Assembly: GCA_964276515.1 (NCBI GenBank) | Contig: OZ193909.1 | Location: 9,982,001 to 10,046,000, forward strand | Direction: 5' to 3' | DNA: 64,000 bases | Source: Gordius albopunctatus | Lineage: Eukaryota | In this document: piece by piece, positions 15,001 through 30,000 of the stretch | How the letters are laid out: every line of letters starts with the position of its first letter | How positions within the stretch are numbered: the stretch's first letter is position 1 | Notes under the pieces: model-generated | Seen by the model: only the letters and a program-made list of their open reading frames with translations | The model's database searches: none | Told to the model about the DNA's origin: nothing | Program-made: the position numbers and the translations under genes

Positions 15001-18000
15001 TTTGAAAATCCTATTAATCTCGATCGACTCCTTATAATAAGTTTTAAGCTGCGAGAACTATCATTTTGAGGAAAGACAACGTTATATTGTTGCGATTATC
15101 ATCGCGACGAGAGTGCTGAATTTTTGAAACATGCTATATGCGATGATTATTTCAAAGTAATAGTTATCTAATTGTGATAAATTTTTACTTCTTATGATGG
15201 AATACACGTCTGAAAATAACAACTTTCATCGGATGAATATGGTTTAATGGAAATAATTTTAAATATTTTGAGCTGAAAAATATATTTTTTGTTATTTTAT
15301 GTAAAAGAGCTTGAAAAAATATATAAAAGTAAGCTAATTTGAGATTCCTATTAATCTCGATCGACTCCTTATAAGAAGTTTAAAGCTGCGAGAACTATCA
15401 TTTTGTTGAGAGACAACGTTATATTGTTGCGATTAGTTTGTTTCATCGCGACGAGACTGCTGAATTTTTGAAACATGCTATATGCGATGATCATCTCAAA
15501 GTAATAGTTATCTAATTGTGATAAATTTTTACTTCTTATCATGGAATACACGTCTGAAAATAACAACTTTCATCGGATGAATATGGTTTATTGCAAATAA
15601 TTTTAAATATTTTGAGCTAAAAAACGATATTTTTTGTTATTTTATGTAAAAGAGCTTGAAAAAATATGTAAAAGTAAGCTAATTTGAGATTCCTATTAAT
15701 CTCGATCGACTCCTTATAAGAAGTTTTAATCTGCGAAAACTATCATTTTGAGGAAAGACAACGTTATATTGTTGCGATTAGTTTGTTTCATCGCGACGAG
15801 AGTGCTGAATTTTTGAAACATGCTATATGCGATGATTATTTCAAAGTAATAGTTATCTAATTGTGATAAATTTTTACTTCTTATCATGAAATTCACGTCT
15901 GAAAATAACAACTTTCATCGGATGAATATGGTTTAATGGAAATAATTTTAAATATTTTGAGCTGAAAAATATATTTTTTGTTATTTTGTGTAAAAGAGCT
16001 TGAAAAAATATATAAAAGTAAGCTAATTTTAGATTCCTATTAATCTCGATCGACTCCTTATAAGAAGTTTTAAGCTGCGAGAACTATCATTTTGTTGAGA
16101 GACAACGTTATATTGTTGCGATTAGTTTGTTTCATCGCGACGAGACTGCTGAATTTTTGAAACATGCTATATGCGATGATCATCTCAAAGTAATAGTTAT
16201 CTAATTGTGATAAATTTTTACTTCTTATCATGAAAATCACGTCTGAAAATAACAACTTTCATCGGATGAATATGGTTTAATGGAAATAATTTTAAATATT
16301 TTGAGCTGAAAAATATATTTTTTGTTATTTTGTGTAAAAGAGCTTGAAAAAATATATAAAAGTATGTTAATTTGAGATTCATATTAATCTCGATCGACTC
16401 CTTATAATAAGTTTTAAGCTGCGAGAACTATCATTTTGAGGAAAGACAACGTTATATTGTTGCGATTATCATCGCGACGAGAGTGCTGAATTTTTGAAAC
16501 ATGCTATATGCGATGATTATTTCAAAGTAATAGTTATCTAAATGTGATAAATTTTTACTTCTTATCATGAAAATCACGTCTGAAAATAACAACTTTCATC
16601 GGATGAATATGGTTTAATGGAAATAATTTTAAATATTTTTAGCTAAAAAAATATTTTTTTTGTTATTTTATGTAAAAGAGCTTGAAAAAATATATAAAAG
16701 TAAGCTAATTTGAGATTCCTATTAATCTCGATCGACTCCTTATAAGAAGTTTTAAGCTGCGAGAACTATCATTTTGAGGAAAGACAACGTTATATTGTTG
16801 CGATTAGTTTGTTTCATCGCGACGAGAGTGCTGAATTTTTGAAACATGCTATATGCGATGATTATTTCAAAGTAATAGTTATCTAATTGTGATAAATTTT
16901 TACTTCTTATCATGAAAATCACGTCTGAAAATAACAACTTTCATCGGATGAATATGGTTTGATGGAAACAATTTTAAATATTTTGAGCTGAAAAATATAT
17001 TTTTTGTTATTTTGTGTAAAAGAGCTTGAAAAAATATATAAAAGTATGCTAATTTGAGATTCATATTAATCTCGATCGACTGCTTATAATAAGTTTTAAG
17101 CTGCGAGAACTATCATTTTGAGGAAAGACAACGCTTTATTGTTGCGATTATCATCGCGACGAGAGTGCTGAATTTTTGAAACATGCTATATGCGATGATT
17201 ATTTCAAAGTAATAGTTATCTAATTGTGATAAATTTTTACTTCTTATCATGAAAATCACGTCTGAAAATAACAACTTTCATCGGATGAATATGGTTTAAT
17301 GGAAATAATTTTAAATATTTTGAGCTGAAAAATATATTTTTTGTTATTTTATGTAAAAGAGCTTGAAAAAATATGTAAAAGTAAGCTAATTTGAGATTCC
17401 TATTAATCTCGATCGACTCCTTATAAGAAGTTTTAATATGCGAAAACTATCATTTTGAGGAAAGACAACGTTATATTGTTGCGATTAGTTTGTTTCATCG
17501 CGACGAGAGTGCTGAATTTTTGAAACATGCTATATGCGATGATTATTTCAAAGTAATAGTTATCTAATTGTGATAAATTTTTACTTCTTATCATGAAATT
17601 CACGTCTGAAAATAACAACTTTCATCGGATGAATATGGTTTAATGGAAATAATTTTAAATATTTTGAGCTGAAAAATATATTTTTTGTTATTTTGTGTAA
17701 AAGAGCTTGAAAAAATATATAAAAGTAAGCTAATTTGAGATTCCTATTAATCTCGATCGACTCCTTATAAGAAGTTTTAAGCTGCGAGAACTATCATTTT
17801 GTTGAGAGACAACGTTATATTGTTGCGATTAGTTTGTTTCATCGCGACGAGACTGCTGAATTTTTGAAACATGCTATATGCGATGATCATCTCAAAGTAA
17901 TAGTTATCTAATTGTGATAAATTTTTACTTCTTATGATGGAATACACGTCTGAAAATAACAACTTTCATCGGATGAATATGGTTTAATGGAAATAATTTT

Positions 18001-21000
18001 AAATATTTTGAGCTGAAAAATATATTTTTAGTTATTTTGTGTAAAGGAGCTTGAAAAAATATATAAAAGTATGCTAATTTGAGATTCCTATTAATCTCGA
18101 TCGACTCCTTATAAGAAGTTTTAATCTGCGAAAACTATCATTTTGAGGAAAGACAACGTTATATTGTTGCGATTAGTTTGTTTCATCGCGACGAGAGTGC
18201 TGAATTTTTGAAACATGCTATATGCGATGATTATTTCAAAGTAATAGTTATCTAATTGTGATAAATTTTTACTTCTTATCATGAAAATCACGTTAAAAAA
18301 TAACAACTTTCATCGGATGAATATGGTTTAATGGAAATAATTTTAAATATTTTGAGCTAAAAAATATATTTTTTGTTATTTTATGTAAAAGAGCTTGAAA
18401 AAATATATAGAAGTAAGCTAATTTGAAAATCCTATTAATCTCGATCGACTCCTTATAATAAGTTTTAAGCTGCGAGAACTATCATTTTGAGGAAAGACAA
18501 CGTTATATTGTTGCGATTATCATCGCGACGAGAGTGCTGAATTTTTGAAACATGCTATATGCGATGATTATTTCAAAGTAATAGTTATCTAATTGTGATA
18601 AATTTTTACTTCTTATGATGGAATACACGTCTGAAAATAACAACTTTCATCGGATGAATATGGTTTAATGGAAATAATTTTAAATATTTTGAGCTGAAAA
18701 ATATATTTTTTGTTATTTTATGTAAAAGAGCTTGAAAAAATATATAAAAGTAAGCTAATTTGAGATTCCTATTAATCTCGATCGACTCCTTATAAGAAGT
18801 TTAAAGCTGCGAGAACTATCATTTTGTTGAGAGACAACGTTATATTGTTGCGATTAGTTTGTTTCATCGCGACGAGACTGCTGAATTTTTGAAACATGCT
18901 ATATGCGATGATCATCTCAAAGTAATAGTTATCTAATTGTGATAAATTTTTACTTCTTATCATGGAATACACGTCTGAAAATAACAACTTTCATCGGATG
19001 AATATGGTTTATTGCAAATAATTTTAAATATTTTGAGCTAAAAAACGATATTTTTTGTTATTTTATGTAAAAGAGCTTGAAAAAATATGTAAAAGTAAGC
19101 TAATTTGAGATTCCTATTAATCTCGATCGACTCCTTATAAGAAGTTTTAATCTGCGAAAACTATCATTTTGAGGAAAGACAACGTTATATTGTTGCGATT
19201 AGTTTGTTTCATCGCGACGAGAGTGCTGAATTTTTGAAACATGCTATATGCGATGATTATTTCAAAGTAATAGTTATCTAATTGTGATAAATTTTTACTT
19301 CTTATCATGAAATTCACGTCTGAAAATAACAACTTTCATCGGATGAATATGGTTTAATGGAAATAATTTTAAATATTTTGAGCTGAAAAATATATTTTTT
19401 GTTATTTTGTGTAAAAGAGCTTGAAAAAATATATAAAAGTAAGCTAATTTGAGATTCCTATTAATCTCGATCGACTCCTTATAAGAAGTTTTAAGCTGCG
19501 AGAACTATCATTTTGTTGAGAGACAACGTTATATTGTTGCGATTAGTTTGTTTCATCGCGACGAGACTGCTGAATTTTTGAAACATGCTATATGCGATGA
19601 TCATCTCAAAGTAATAGTTATCTAATTGTGATAAATTTTTACTTCTTATCATGAAAATCACGTCTGAAAATAACAACTTTCATCGGATGAATATGGTTTA
19701 ATGGAAATAATTTTAAATATTTTGAGCTGAAAAATATATTTTTTGTTATTTTGTGTAAAAGAGCTTGAAAAAATATATAAAAGTATGTTAATTTGAGATT
19801 CATATTAATCTCGATCGACTCCTTATAATAAGTTTTAAGCTGCGAGAACTATCATTTTGAGGAAAGACAACGTTATATTGTTGCGATTATCATCGCGACG
19901 AGAGTGCTGAATTTTTGAAACATGCTATATGCGATGATTATTTCAAAGTAATAGTTATCTAAATGTGATAAATTTTTACTTCTTATCATGAAAATCACGT
20001 CTGAAAATAACAACTTTCATCGGATGAATATGGTTTAATGGAAATAATTTTAAATATTTTTAGCTAAAAAAATATTTTTTTTGTTATTTTATGTAAAAGA
20101 GCTTGAAAAAATATATAAAAGTAAGCTAATTTGAGATTCCTATTAATCTCGATCGACTCCTTATAAGAAGTTTTAAGCTGCGAGAACTATCATTTTGAGG
20201 AAAGACAACGTTATATTGTTGCGATTAGTTTGTTTCATCGCGACGAGAGTGCTGAATTTTTGAAACATGCTATATGCGATGATTATTTCAAAGTAATAGT
20301 TATCTAATTGTGATAAATTTTTACTTCTTATCATGAAAATCACGTCTGAAAATAACAACTTTCATCGGATGAATATGGTTTGATGGAAACAATTTTAAAT
20401 ATTTTGAGCTGAAAAATATATTTTTTGTTATTTTGTGTAAAAGAGCTTGAAAAAATATATAAAAGTATGCTAATTTGAGATTCATATTAATCTCGATCGA
20501 CTGCTTATAATAAGTTTTAAGCTGCGAGAACTATCATTTTGAGGAAAGACAACGCTTTATTGTTGCGATTATCATCGCGACGAGAGTGCTGAATTTTTGA
20601 AACATGCTATATGCGATGATTATTTCAAAGTAATAGTTATCTAATTGTGATAAATTTTTACTTCTTATCATGAAAATCACGTCTGAAAATAACAACTTTC
20701 ATCGGATGAATATGGTTTAATGGAAATAATTTTAAATATTTTGAGCTGAAAAATATATTTTTTGTTATTTTATGTAAAAGAGCTTGAAAAAATATATAAA
20801 AGTAAGCTAATTTGAGATTCCTATTAATCTCGATCGACTCCTTATAAGAAGTTTTAAGCTGCGAGAACTATCATTTTGAGGAAAGACAACGTTATATTGT
20901 TGCGATTAGTTTGTTTCATCGCGACGAGAGTGCTGAATTTTTGAAACATGCTATATGCGATGATTATTTCAAAGTAATAGTTATCTAATTGTGATAAATT

Positions 21001-24000
21001 TTAACTTCTTATCATGAAAATCACGTCTGAAAATAACAACTTTCATCGGATGAATATGGTTTAATGGAAATAATTTTAAATATTTTTAGCTAAAAAAATA
21101 TTTTTTTTGTTATTTTATGTAAAAGAGCTTGAAAAAATATATAAAAGTAAGCTAATTTGAGATTCCTATTAATCTCGATCGACTCCTTATAAGAAGTTTT
21201 AAGCTGCGAGAACTATCATTTTGAGGAAAGACAACGTTATATTGTTGCGATTATCATCGCGACGAGAGTGCTGAATTTTTGAAACATGCTATATGCGATG
21301 ATTATTTCAAAGTAATAGTTATCTAATTGTGATAAATTTTTACTTCTTATGATGGAATACACGTCTGAAAATAACAACTTTCATCGGATGAATATGGTTT
21401 AATGGAAATAATTTTAAATATTTTGAGCTAAAAAATGATATTTTTTGTTATTTTATGTAAAAGAGCTTGAAAAAATATGTAAAAGTAAGCTAATTTGAGA
21501 TTCATATTAATCTCGATCGACTCCTTATAAGAAGTTTAAAGCTGCGAGAACAATCATTTTGAGGAAAGACAACGTTATATTGTTGCGATTATCATCGCGA
21601 CGATAGTGCTGAATTTTTGAAACATGCTATATGCGATGATTATTTCAAAGTAATAGTTATCTAATTGTGATAAATTTTTACTTCTTATCATGAAAATCAC
21701 GTCTGAAAATAACAACTTTCATCGGATGAATATGGTTTAATGGAAATAATTTTAAATATTTTGAGCTGAAAAATATATTTTTTGTTATTTTATGTAAAAG
21801 AGCTTGAAAAAATATATAAAAGTAAGCTAATTTGAGATTCCTATTAATCTCGATCGACTCCTTATAAGAAGTTTAAAGCTGCGAGAACTATCATTTTGAG
21901 GAAAGACAACGTTATATTGTTGCGATTAGTTTGTTTTATCGCGACGAGAGTGCTGAATTTTTGAAGCATGCTATATGCGATGATTATTTCAAAGTAATAG
22001 TTATCTAATTGTGATAAATTTTTACTTCTTATCATGGAATACACGTCTGAAAATAACAACTTTCATCGGATGAATATGGTTTATTGCAAATAATTTTAAA
22101 TATTTTGAGCTAAAAAACGATATTTTTTGTTATTTTATGTAAAAGAGCTTGAAAAAATATGTAAAAGTAAGCTAATTTGAGATTCATATTAATCTCGATC
22201 GACTCCTTATAAGAAGTTTTAATCTGCGAAAACTATCATTTTGAGGAAAGACAACGTTATATTGTTGCGATTAGTTTGTTTCATCGCGACGAGAGTGCTG
22301 AATTTTTGAAACATGCTATATGTGATGATTATTTCAAAGTAATAGTTATCTAATTGTGATAAATTTTTACTTCTTATCATGAAAATCACGTCTGAAAATA
22401 ACAACTTTCATCGGATGAATATGGTTTAATGGAAATAATTTTAAATATTTTGAGCTGAAAAATATATTTTTTGTTATTTTGTGTAAAAGAGCTTGAAAAA
22501 ATATATAAAAGTAAGCTAATTTGAGATTCCTATTAATCTCGATCGACTCCTTATAAGAAGTTTTAAGCTGCGAGAACTATCATTTTGTTGAGAGACAACG
22601 TTATATTGTTGCGATTAGTTTGTTTCATCGCGACGAGACTGCTGAATTTTTGAAACATGCTATATGCGATGATCATCTCAAAGTAATAGTTATCTAATTG
22701 TGATAAATTTTTACTTCTTATCATGAAAATCACGTCTGAAAATAACAACTTTCATCGGATGAATATGGTTTAATGGAAATAATTTTAAATATTTTTAGCT
22801 AAAAAAATATTTTTTTTGTTATTTTATGTAAAAGAGCTTGAAAAAATATATAAAAGTAAGCTATCTTGAGATTCCTATTAATCTCGATCGACTCCTTATA
22901 AGAAGTTTTAAGCTGCGAGAACTATCATTTTGAGGAAAGACAACGTTATATTGCTCGATTAGTTTGTTTCATCGCAACGAGAGTGCTGAATTTTTGAAAC
23001 ATGCTATATGCGATGATTATTTCAAAGTAATAGTTATCTAATTGTGATAAATTTTTACTTCTTATCATGAAAATCACGTCTGAAAATAACAACTTTCATC
23101 GGATGAATATGGTTTAATGGAAATAATTTTAAATATTTTTAGCTAAAAAAATATTTTTTTTGTTATTTTATGTAAAAGAGCTTGAAAAAATATATAAAAG
23201 TAAGCTAATTTGAGATTCCTATTAATCTCGATCGACTCCTTATAAGAAGTTTTAAGCTGCGAGAACTATCATTTTGAGGAAAGACAACGTTATATTGTTG
23301 CGATTAGTTTGTTTCATCGCGACGAGAGTGCTGAATTTTTGAAACATGCTATATGCGATGATTATTTCAAAGTAATAGTTATCTAATTGTGATAAATTTT
23401 AACTTCTTATCATGAAAATCACGTCTGAAAATAACAACTTTCATCGGATGAATATGGTTTAATGGAAATAATTTTAAATATTTTGAGCTGAAAAATATAT
23501 TTTTTGTTATTTTGTGTAAAAGAGCTTGAAAAAATATATAAAAGTATGTTAATTTGAGATTCATATTAATCTCGATCGACTCCTTATAATAAGTTTTAAG
23601 CTGCGAGAACTATCATTTTGAGGAAAGACAACGTTATATTGTTGCGATTATCATCGCGACGAGAGTGCTGAATTTTTGAAACATGCTATATGCGATGATT
23701 ATTTCAAAGTAATAGTTATCTAATTGTGATAAATTTTTACTTCTTATCATGAAAATCACGTCTGAAAATAACAACTTTCATCGGATGAATATGGTTTAAT
23801 GGAAATAATTTTAAATATTTTTAGCTAAAAAAATATTTTTTTTGTTATTTTATGTAAAAGAGCTTGAAAAAATATATAAAAGTAAGCTAATTTGAGATTC
23901 CTATTAATCTCGATCGACTCCTTATAAGAAGTTTTAAGCTGCGAGAACTATCATTTTGAGGAAAGACAACGTTATATTGTTGCGATTAGTTTGTTTCATC

Positions 24001-27000
24001 GCGACGAGAGTGCTGAATTTTTGAAACATGCTATATGCGATGATTATTTCAAAGTAATAGTTATCTAATTGTGATAAATTTTAACTTCTTATCATGAAAA
24101 TCACGTCTGAAAATAACAACTTTCATCGGATGAATATGGTTTAATGGAAATAATTTTAAATATTTTTAGCTAAAAAAATATTTTTTTGTTATTTTATGTA
24201 AAAGAGCTTGAAAAAATATATAAAAGTAAGCTAATTTGAGATTCCTATTAATCTCGATCGACTCCTTATAAGAAGTTTTAAGCTGCGAGAACTATCATTT
24301 TGTTGAGAGACAACGTTATATTGTTGCGATTAGTTTGTTTCATCGCGACGAGAGTGCTGAATTTTTGAAACATGCTATATGCGATGATTATCTCAAAGTA
24401 ATAGTTATCTAATTGTGATAAATTTTTACTTCTTATCATGGAATACACGTCTGAAAATAACAACTTTCATCGGATCAATATGTGTTAATGGAAATAATTT
24501 TTAATATTTTGAGCTGAAAAATATATTTTTTGTTATTTTATGTAAAAGAACTTGAAAAAATATATAAAAGTAAGCTAATTTGAGATTCCTATTAATCTCG
24601 ATCGACTCCTTATAAGAAGTTTTAAGCTGCGAGAACTATCATTTTGAGGAAAGACAACGTTATATTGTTGCGATTATCATCGCGACGATAGTGCTGAATT
24701 TTTGAAACATGCTATATGCGATGATTATTTCAAAGTAATAGTTATCTAATTGTGATAAATTTTTACTTCTTATCATGAAAATCACGTCTGAAAATAACAA
24801 CTTTCATCGGATGAATATGGTTTAATGGAAATAATTTTAAATATTTTGAGCTGAAAAATATATTTTTTGTTATTTTGTGTAAAAGAGCTTGAAAAAATAT
24901 ATAAAAGTATGCTAATTTGAGATTCCTATTAATCTCGATCGACTCCTTATAAGAAGTTTTAAGCTGCGAGAACTATCATTTTGAGGAAAGACAACGTTAT
25001 ATTGTTGCGATTAGTTTGTTTCATCGCGACGAGAGTGCTGAATTTTTGAAACATGCTATATGCGATGATTATTTCAAAGTAATAGTTATCTAATTGTGAT
25101 AAATTTTAACTTCTTATCATGAAAATCACGTCTGAAAATAACAACTTTCATCGGATGAATATGGTTTAATGGAAATAATTTTAAATATTTTTAGCTAAAA
25201 AAATATTTTTTTGTTATTTTATGTAAAAGAGCTTGAAAAAATATATAAAAGTAAGCTAATTTGAGATTCCTATTAATCTCGATCGACTCCTTATAAGAAG
25301 TTTTAAGCTGCGAGAACTATCATTTTGTTGAGAGACAACGTTATATTGTTGCGATTAGTTTGTTTCATCGCGACGAGAGTGCTGAATTTTTGAAACATGC
25401 TATATGCGATGATTATCTCAAAGTAATAGTTATCTAATTGTGATAAATTTTTACTTCTTATCATGGAATACACGTCTGAAAATAACAACTTTCATCGGAT
25501 CAATATGTGTTAATGGAAATAATTTTTAATATTTTGAGCTGAAAAATATATTTTTTGTTATTTTATGTAAAAGAACTTGAAAAAATATATAAAAGTAAGC
25601 TAATTTGAGATTCCTATTAATCTCGATCGACTCCTTATAAGAAGTTTTAAGCTGCGAGAACTATCATTTTGAGGAAAGACAACGTTATATTGTTGCGATT
25701 ATCATCGCGACGATAGTGCTGAATTTTTGAAACATGCTATATGCGATGATTATTTCAAAGTAATAGTTATCTAATTGTGATAAATTTTTACTTCTTATCA
25801 TGAAAATCACGTCTGAAAATAACAACTTTCATCGGATGAATATGGTTTAATGGAAATAATTTTAAATATTTTGAGCTGAAAAATATATTTTTTGTTATTT
25901 TGTGTAAAAGAGCTTGAAAAAATATATAAAAGTATGCTAATTTGAGATTCCTATTAATCTCGATCGACTCCTTATAAGAAGTTTTAAGCTGCGAGAACTA
26001 TCATTTTGAGGAAAGACAACGTTATATTGTTGCGATTAGTTTGTTTCATCGCGACGAGAGTGCTGAATTTTTGAAACATGCTATATGCGATGATTATTTC
26101 AAAGTAATAGTTATCTAATTGTGATAAATTTTAACTTCTTATCATGAAAATCACGTCTGAAAATAACAACTTTCATCGGATGAATATGGTTTAATGGAAA
26201 TAATTTTAAATATTTTTAGCTAAAAAAATATTTTTTTGTTATTTTATGTAAAAGAGCTTGAAAAAATATATAAAAGTAAGCTAATTTGAGATTCCTATTA
26301 ATCTCGATCGACTCCTTATAAGAAGTTTTAAGCTGCGAGAACTATCATTTTGTTGAGAGACAACGTTATATTGTTGCGATTAGTTTGTTTCATCGCGACG
26401 AGAGTGCTGAATTTTTGAAACATGCTATATGCGATGATTATCTCAAAGTAATAGTTATCTAATTGTGATAAATTTTTACTTCTTATCATGGAATACACGT
26501 CTGAAAATAACAACTTTCATCGGATCAATATGTGTTAATGGAAATAATTTTTAATATTTTGAGCTGAAAAATATATTTTTTGTTATTTTATGTAAAAGAA
26601 CTTGAAAAAATATATAAAAGTAAGCTAATTTGAGATTCCTATTAATCTCGATCGACTCCTTATAAGAAGTTTTAAGCTGCGAGAACTATCATTTTGAGGA
26701 AAGACAACGTTATATTGTTGCGATTATCATCGCGACGATAGTGCTGAATTTTTGAAACATGCTATATGCGATGATTATTTCAAAGTAATAGTTATCTAAT
26801 TGTGATAAATTTTTACTTCTTATCATGAAAATCACGTCTGAAAATAACAACTTTCATCGGATGAATATGGTTTAATGGAAATAATTTTAAATATTTTGAG
26901 CTGAAAAATATATTTTTTGTTATTTTGTGTAAAAGAGCTTGAAAAAATATATAAAAGTATGCTAATTTGAGATTCCTATTAATCTCGATCGACTCCTTAT

Positions 27001-30000
27001 AAGAAGTTTTAAGCTGCGAGAACTATCATTTTGAGGAAAGACAACGTTATATTGTTGCGATTAGTTTGTTTCATCGCGACGAGAGTGCTGAATTTTTGAA
27101 ACATGCTATATGCGATGATTATTTCAAAGTAATAGTTATCTAATTGTGATAAATTTTAACTTCTTATCATGAAAATCACGTCTGAAAATAACAACTTTCA
27201 TCGGATGAATATGGTTTAATGGAAATAATTTTAAATATTTTTAGCTAAAAAAATATTTTTTTGTTATTTTATGTAAAAGAGCTTGAAAAAATATATAAAA
27301 GTAAGCTAATTTGAGATTCCTATTAATCTCGATCGACTCCTTATAAGAAGTTTTAAGCTGCGAGAACTATCATTTTGTTGAGAGACAACGTTATATTGTT
27401 GCGATTAGTTTGTTTCATCGCGACGAGAGTGCTGAATTTTTGAAACATGCTATATGCGATGATTATCTCAAAGTAATAGTTATCTAATTGTGATAAATTT
27501 TTACTTCTTATCATGAAAATCACGTCTGAAAATAACAACTTTCATCGGATGAATATGGTTTAATGGAAATAATTTTAAATATTTTGAGCTGAAAAATATA
27601 TTTTTTGTTATTTTATGTAAAAGAGCTTGAAAAAATATATAAAAGTAAGCTAATTTGAGATTCCTATTAATCTCGATCGACTCCTTATAAGAAGTTTAAA
27701 GCTGCGAGAACTATCATTTTGAGGAAAGACAACGTTATATTGTTGCGATTAGTTTGTTTCATCGCGACGAGAGTGCTGAATTTTTGAAGCATGCTATATG
27801 CGATGATTATTTCAAAGTAATAGTTATCTAATTGTGATAAATTTTTACTTCTTATCATGGAATACACGTCTGAAAATAACAACTTTCATCGGATCAATAT
27901 GTGTTAATGGAAATAATTTTTAATATTTTGAGCTGAAAAATATATTTTTTGTTATTTTATGTAAAAGAGCTTGAAAAAATATATAAAAGTAAGCTAATTT
28001 GAGATTCCTATTAATCTCGATCGACTCCTTATAAGAAGTTTTAAGCTGCGAGAACTATCATTTTGAGGAAAGACAACGTTATATTGTTGCGATTATCATC
28101 GCGACGATAGTGCTGAATTTTTGAAACATGCTATATGCGATGATTATCTCAAAGTAATAGTTATCTAATTGTGATAAATTTTTACTTCTTATCATGAAAA
28201 TCACGTCTGAAAATAACAACTTTCATCGGATGAATATGGTTTAATGGAAATAATTTTAAATATTTTGAGCTGAAAAATATATTTTTTGTTATTTTATGTA
28301 AAAGAGCTTGAAAAAATATATAAAAGTAAGCTAATTTGAGATTCCTATTAATCTCGATCGACTCCTTATAAGAAGTTTTAAGCTGCGAGAACTATCATTT
28401 TGTTGAGAGACAACGTTATATTGTTGCGATTAGTTTGTTTCATCGCGACGAGAGTGCTGAATTTTTGAAACATGCTATATGCGATGATTATCTCAAAGTA
28501 ATAGTTATCTAATTGTGATAAATTTTTACTTCTTATCATGAAAATCACGTCTGAAAATAACAACTTTCATCGGATGAATATGGTTTAATGGAAATAATTT
28601 TAAATATTTTGAGCTGAAAAATATATTTTTTGTTATTTTATGTAAAAGAGCTTGAAAAAATATATAAAAGTAAGCTAATTTGAGATTCCTATTAATCTCG
28701 ATCGACTCCTTATAAGAAGTTTAAAGCTGCGAGAACTATCATTTTGAGGAAAGACAACGTTATATTGTTGCGATTAGTTTGTTTCATCGCGACGAGAGTG
28801 CTGAATTTTTGAAACATGCTATATGCGATGATTATCTCAAAGTAATAGTTATCTAATTGTGATAAATTTTTACTTCTTATCATGGAATACACGTCTGAAA
28901 ATAACAACTTTCATCGGATCAATATGTGTTAATGGAAATAATTTTTAATATTTTGAGCTGAAAAATATATTTTTTGTTATTTTATGTAAAAGAACTTGAA
29001 AAAATATATAAAAGTAAGCTAATTTGAGATTCCTATTAATCTCGATCGACTCCTTATAAGAAGTTTTAAGCTGCGAGAACTATCATTTTGAGGAAAGACA
29101 ACGTTATATTGTTGCGATTATCATCGCGACGATAGTGCTGAATTTTTGAAACATGCTATATGCGATGATTATTTCAAAGTAATAGTTATCTAATTGTGAT
29201 AAATTTTTACTTCTTATCATGAAAATCACGTCTGAAAATAACAACTTTCATCGGATGAATATGGTTTAATGGAAATAATTTTAAATATTTTGAGCTGAAA
29301 AATATATTTTTTGTTATTTTGTGTAAAAGAGCTTGAAAAAATATATAAAAGTAAGCTAATTTGAGATTCCTATTAATCTCGATCGACTCCTTATAAGAAG
29401 TTTTAAGCTGCGAGAACTATCATTTTGAGGAAAGACAACGTTATATTGTTGCGATTAGTTTGTTTCATCGCGACGAGAGTGCTGAATTTTTGAAACATGC
29501 TATATGCGATGATTATTTCAAAGTAATAGTTATCTAATTGTGATAAATTTTTACTTCTTATGATGGAATACACGTCTGAAAATAACAACTTTCATCGGAT
29601 GAATATGGTTTAATGCAAATAATTTTAAATATTTTGAGCTAAAAAACGATATTTTTTGTTATTTTATGTAAAAGAGCTTGAAAAAATATGTAAAAGTAAG
29701 CTAATTTGAGATTCATATTAATCTCGATCGACTCCTTATAAGAAGTTTTAATCTGCGAAAAGTATTATTTTGAGGAAAGACAACATTATATTGTTGCGAT
29801 TAGTTTGTTTCATCGCGACGAGAGTGCTGAATTTTTGAAACATGCTATATGCGATGATTATTTCAAAGTAATAGTTATCTAATTATGATAAATTTTTACT
29901 TCTTATCATGAAAATCACGTCTGAAAATAACAACTTTCATCGGATGAGTATGGTTTAATGGAAATAATTTTAAATATTTTGAGCTGAAAAATATATTTTT

